Assembly: GCA_013265495.1 (NCBI GenBank)
Contig: MU058477.1
Location: 1-38,952, forward strand
Source: Vicugna vicugna
Taxonomy: Eukaryota
DNA length: 38,952 nucleotides
Direction of reading: 5' to 3'
Shown: piece after piece, positions 34,657-38,952 of the stretch
Layout: each line of letters starts with the position of its first letter
Numbering within the stretch: the stretch's first letter is position 1
Notes under the pieces: model-generated
Told to the model about the DNA's origin: nothing
The model's input: only the letters and a program-made list of their open reading frames with translations
The model's database searches: none
Position numbers and translations under genes: made by a program

Positions 34657-35257
34657 TATTAGTCCCCTGTCCTGTTACTGTCATAACAAATTACCTTGAA
34701 TCTTAAAACAACACAGTTTTGGTTTTGTTTTTTGTTTTTTTTTTTTAAACAATTCTGGAGGTCAAAGTCCAAAATGAGGGCTGGATCAAGGTGTTGGTAG
34801 GACTGACTCCTTCTGAGAGCTCCGGGGGAGAATCCTTTCCTTGCCCCTTCCGGGTTCTAGAGGGAGCGGGCATTCCTTGGTTTACGGCAGCATAACTCCA
34901 GTCTGCCTCAGCCAGTGCCTTCTTCCACTCTGTTCTGCTGCCTTCCTCTTATAAGTACCCCTGTGACTGTTATCCTCCCACATAAGCAGGATAATTTCTC
35001 CATCTCAAAATCCTTAATTTAAGCACACCTGTGAAATCCCTCTTGCCACAGAAGGTAACATAATCACAGGTTCTGGGATTAGGGCAGGGACATCTTGGGG
35101 ACCTTATTCTGCCTACCACCATAGCAGGATAATCTCTCCATCTCAAAATCCTTAACTTAAGCACACCTGTGAAATCCCTCTTGCCACAGAAGGTAACATA
35201 TCACAGGTTCTGGGATTAGGGCAGGGACATCTTGGGGACCTTATTCTGCCTACCACC
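34657..35257 (-). mobile_element. MLT1D-like MaLR solo LTR with duplicated terminus
   Basis: Minus strand begins GGTGGTAGGCAGAATAAGGTCCCCAAGATGTCC...GAACCTGTGA...TGTTACCTT...AAGGATTTTGAGATGG. Confidence 0.82.
34981..35257. repeat. Tandem duplication ~138 bp within the MLT1 LTR end
   Basis: 34981-35120 versus 35120-35257; 2 substitutions and 2 single-base indels. Confidence 0.95.
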
Positions 35258-35929
35258 CACCCCCATTTCTCTCACCTCTGAATGCTTAACCCTCTGCCCA
35301 AACTTGTCCCTCTCCCATGTTTCTTATTTCAATAACTAGCACTACCGTTCATTTGGAATCCCAGGGCTAATTACTAATTTCCTTCTTTTTCTGGCCACTA
35401 ACTTTAAGAAAGGAAATAACCAAAACCCAATGCTGAAGCAAAACTTGCTCATTGCATTTCCAATATCTTTCTTAATTGTCTACTTTATCCCTAGTCAGGG
35501 TCACCATCAAATCTCACCCCATGTTGGCAAGAGTTTCTTTGCTTGTCTCTCCAGCCACTATTGCGTTATTCCAATCTGGTCTCTATCCTATACACAGAAT
35601 TATATTTTTTAAACATGCAAATCTGATTAAACCATTCTCTTTTTAAAAATCTTTTAATGGCATGGTATATCTCAATTCAACACGAAGAAATTGATTCCTC
35701 ATATTCCCTGTACATGTTGCCTGCAAGTGTGTCTTCAACACAGAGAGCAGGAATTTCATTAACTGCCCTACCCACGCGGATTCTTGCGAAGAGGGAATGT
35801 GCAGAGGTGTGTGGACGTGAAGCTCTGAACCAGGAGCTGCCCATCTTCGTTCGCAGAATACTTCAAGGAACTAAAAGCACTGCCAGATTTTTCTCCTCTA
35901 AGGTGGTCTCCAGGTGCTAGACTTGTTAG

Positions 35930-36138
35930 AAATAATGCAAATTGGGAGTAAGCAAGGTCTCACCCACCAAGGGGAAGTTGTGGTCAAAGGGCTTTATTTC
36001 CCCTCCTATAATGCGGGGTGCACTTCCCACACCCTGGGCGCAGAGCCGGTGTTGGACATCTCTCATCTTCGCTCTGCTTTCTCCCGATCTGGACTTTTCT
36101 CCAAGATCGCGTCAGGTTATTAGAGGCGCTTGAGAAGG
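35930..36138 (+). promoter_or_regulatory. CR1 proximal promoter / 5'UTR
   Basis: ATGCAAAT 35935-35942, GGAAGT 35973-35978 abutting TGTGGT 35979-35984, TATAAT 36007-36012, CCACACCCT 36027-36035, all directly upstream of the leader exon. Confidence 0.7.
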
Positions 36139-36540
36139 ATGGGAACTTCTTCCCAGAGGAGTCCGGGGCCTCTCCGACCGCCAGCGCCCTCTGTCTCCTG
36201 CTCCGGAGGAGCCTTTCTGGCGGTCCTAGCGCTGCTCGCGCTACCGGCGGCCTGGGGTGAGATGCTGGCGGGCGCGGGAGCCGGCGCAGCGAACGGGGCG
36301 GCCGGGGCAGCTGGGGCGGTGCAGGCACGGCCCGGCTGGCGCTCGCGCGCCTCGCAGAGTCGCTCTTGGGGGCTGAGTGTGCGAGTAGGCAGGTCGGCTC
36401 TGGGATCCCCTGCGCCCGGAGACCCTGATGGCGCTGGTCAGTTCCCCTCTGCGGGGACTTCTGTTGTGTGTAGTGCAGAGAAGGGTGCAGACGCTCAACA
36501 GGTGCTGCACGGAATTCCTTGTCTCTGGCCACGGCAGAGT
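36010..36540. promoter_or_regulatory. CpG island over CR1 exon 1 / intron 1 start
   Basis: Sharp rise in GC and CpG density (e.g. gcgctcgcgcgcctcgc) against an AT-rich background. Confidence 0.85.
36139..36256 (+). CDS. CR1: Complement receptor 1 (or CR1-like) signal-peptide exon 1
   Basis: [40 protein letters not shown] then G|gtgaga phase-1 donor; resembles the human CR1 leader MGASSPRSPEPVGPPAP...LLALPVAWG; CR2-CR1 gene order. Confidence 0.88.
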
Positions 36541-36559
36541 GTAGCACTGATCATAGTGA

Positions 36560-36735
36560 AAGAAAGTCGGGTTGGAAATTCGACCAACTTGGGTTCTAAT
36601 CCTAGCAATAGATTAATTGTGCGGAAAGTTACTACACTGTTTCCTCATCTGTACAAGGGGAATGCTGAGATCTCGGCCCCATGGGGCTGCTAACCTAAAT
36701 GGCATAAAGCATGTCAAAGGTCTTATGCAGTGCCT
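36560..36735 (+). mobile_element. MIR fragment
   Basis: ttgggttctaatcctagc...ctgtttcctcatctgtacaagggg. Confidence 0.65.
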
Positions 36736-37824
36736 GCCACTTAATTTCTATCCCCCAATCATTATTTCAGCCCTTTGTTCACGATTGTGTTTGGACACGC
36801 AGTCCAGGGGGTGCAGTTATCCCCTGAAAACTGCCCTGCATCGGGCTATATTCACCCTACTCACACCCCAAGCCACCACCACTAGCATGAATGTGCACTT
36901 ATCAAGCATCTATATTAAGAGGATCCTAGGTGCTTGGGGATAGAAGAGGGAGCCAGGCTCTAGAACCCTCAGTGTCACTGGTTGCAGGTAGAATGGAAGT
37001 GTAGAGATGTTTACATATTGTCATATTTTAGTCAACTGTTTAGAACAAAACAAAGCCTTTTATAGATATTATGAAAATTTCGAGGCAGCATTCTCCCTTC
37101 CTTACCGTTAACTCCGAATAGGTAAACACCTTTAATGAGGCCCCTTCTCTTCCTATTTTTGGCTTCCCTTAGAAGTCTTCTTAGTTGCTTGGACTGTTGT
37201 CAATTTCTTAGTTGAAGTGACAGTATTTATTTTTGTCCAGTCTCTTCTGGACAACAAGTTTGCTCTTTGTTGTCACTAGACATGTTGCATTCACTATTTG
37301 ATTGGGCCTTCTCTTCTAAGAGAGCAAGGAATAGGGAAAAACAAGTTTCCACAAAAATTGTTGTTAATATTTTATCTCCTAAGACATCATAAAGGAAGCT
37401 GTCAGGTGAAGAGATGGGATAAAACCTAAAGCTTTAATTTCAGAAGAGAAGTCTGTCAAGTAAATTAAGCAATCTGTGCTTAGAATTTTTGTGGACTTTG
37501 TGAGTATACTGCCCCCTTCTCACTGGAATGTTGTTGTAGTTTGCCCATATTTATTAAGTTACTGTTAGAGTGCAATTGCAGACACTATTAATTGCAAAAA
37601 AATAATATTTACTAAAATTATCACAATAACTTCAAAATATGAAGCAGCCTAAATTAAACTGCCTGGTATTTACTTGCCAAAGTAATTTAGGTAAAGAAAA
37701 TGCTGATGGAATGCTGACAGTGTGCACAGCACTGTGGAATTTGAAAGAAATGCAAGAGAGGGCTATGCCTGCAAGATATATGTGTAGAGAAGTACGGTGA
37801 TAGGGTTTTATGAAATCTCCTTAA

Positions 37825-38010
37825 TTAGGAGGCCAGGGTTCTGGTTTTCCAGCTTCTGCTACCTACTAGCTGGGAGCCTTGGACCCAGCAAGTCAATTAA
37901 CATCCCTGCGTGATTCCCAGAGTCCACTTGTATAAAATGAACATAATCGATACTCTGCTATCTGAGAGGGTTATTGTGAAAATCAGATGAGGGAATGTAT
38001 GTGACGGTGT
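37825..38010 (+). mobile_element. MIR fragment
   Basis: cagcttctgctacctactagctggg...caagtcaattaac...tataaaatg...gggttattgtgaaaatcagatgag. Confidence 0.7.
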
Positions 38011-38829
38011 GCATTAACCTCAGAATCCCCATGGGGATCTCCAAAACCACGACTAGAAAGTCACACAGGACCCTGAAGGCCACAAAGTGGCTGAAAAGGG
38101 AGACGTCTCAGATCCAATGATAGGAAAAGGCTGAGTGGAAGGAGCATGGCTTCAACAGCACTTGAGGAGTGAGCCCCTCAAAAAAGATTGTACAGGATGA
38201 TTCACAGCGGTATTCATTTTACATAAAAGTCAGCACACTGATTAAGCATTACTAGGACCCGTGTTTATTTTAACATAGGCAGACTGTGGTGCCCTCACTT
38301 GGTCGGATCAGATCTCTCTGTGACTTGAGTGTGTAAAGATGTAAGGTAGAAAAGAGGGGTGTTTCAGTTGGTTTTCGGTAATTTGTGACCTACTTTAGTT
38401 TACATATGCTCAAGATGAATAGATTTGTGGTTTGTATTACCTAGTTTTAAATATGACCTTAACAGTTGGACAAGTAACTTCAAAATTTCCCTTCATGTAA
38501 ACACTGAATGAAGATAATTCTAAGGCCAACTCAAGCAAAGAATCGAATGGCATAGCTGACAGTCCCCTCCACACATATAGACATTAAGAGGGAGAAACAC
38601 GGTCCGTTTAATCACAACTGGTCAAGAACTGAAAAAACAAAAAATCTACAAAGCATCAAGAAGACTAGTTGAAAGATAGCTTTATATCCACTATTATTAA
38701 CAGAGAAGCTCATTGCGACTCTATTTTGTCCATTTAGATGTTAGTTCTGACATCTTAAGTCATATTAAGTCACCGTGAGTAGCAAAGCATTTAAAACGTT
38801 TTTTATCTGTATCATATTTCTTAAAATTT

Positions 38830-38952
38830 CTATTTACATATATTAGCATATCATTATATACATTATATAGCATATATATAGCACATATATTATACATATT
38901 ATATAATTATTAAATACTATAACAGAACATATAAATTATATTGTTATAATAA
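38830..38952. repeat. AT-rich low-complexity repeat
   Basis: Degenerate (TA)/(TATAGCA) runs. Confidence 0.8.

Noticed and set aside
35984..36693. Overlapping 187-aa ORFs on both strands
   Set aside because: Stop-poor GC-rich CpG island; only 36139-36256 resembles a known protein, and it ends at a splice donor
36257..38952. Search for CR1 exon 2 (first SCR)
   Set aside because: No Cys/Trp SCR pattern with splice sites found; the region is intron 1

Overview
Mammalian genomic DNA from the regulators-of-complement-activation (RCA) cluster. The host is probably a camelid, judged from Vic-1-like tRNA SINEs. Nearly the whole CR2 (CD21) gene lies on the + strand; the leader exon is upstream of the window. 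It begins with seven intact exons encoding six CR1-like SCR/CCP domains (2355-7149, one partly in a 304-N gap). These are followed by the exons for CR2 SCR1-16, transmembrane exons, a cytoplasmic/stop exon (27913-28018) and a 3'UTR exon with polyA signal (30823-~31548). About 4.6 kb further on are a CpG-island promoter and the signal-peptide exon of CR1 or a CR1-like gene (ATG 36139). Anomalies: (i) a 1-nt deletion frameshift at the end of the C3d-binding SCR1-2 exon; (ii) no AG at the expected acceptor of the optional SCR11 exon, with an in-frame AG 12 nt upstream; (iii) a ~2.35-kb near-identical tandem duplication of the SCR16 and TM exons, with a nested third copy of the TM exon; (iv) two more small tandem duplications. 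Several of these may be assembly artefacts. Introns carry L1, L2, MIR, MER2, MER20, MLT1 and tRNA-SINE relics. I see no wholly new system. The most interesting biology is a mouse-type dual CR1/CR2 gene sitting next to a separate CR1 gene. Repeat family names and cross-species comparisons are from recall, not from searches.
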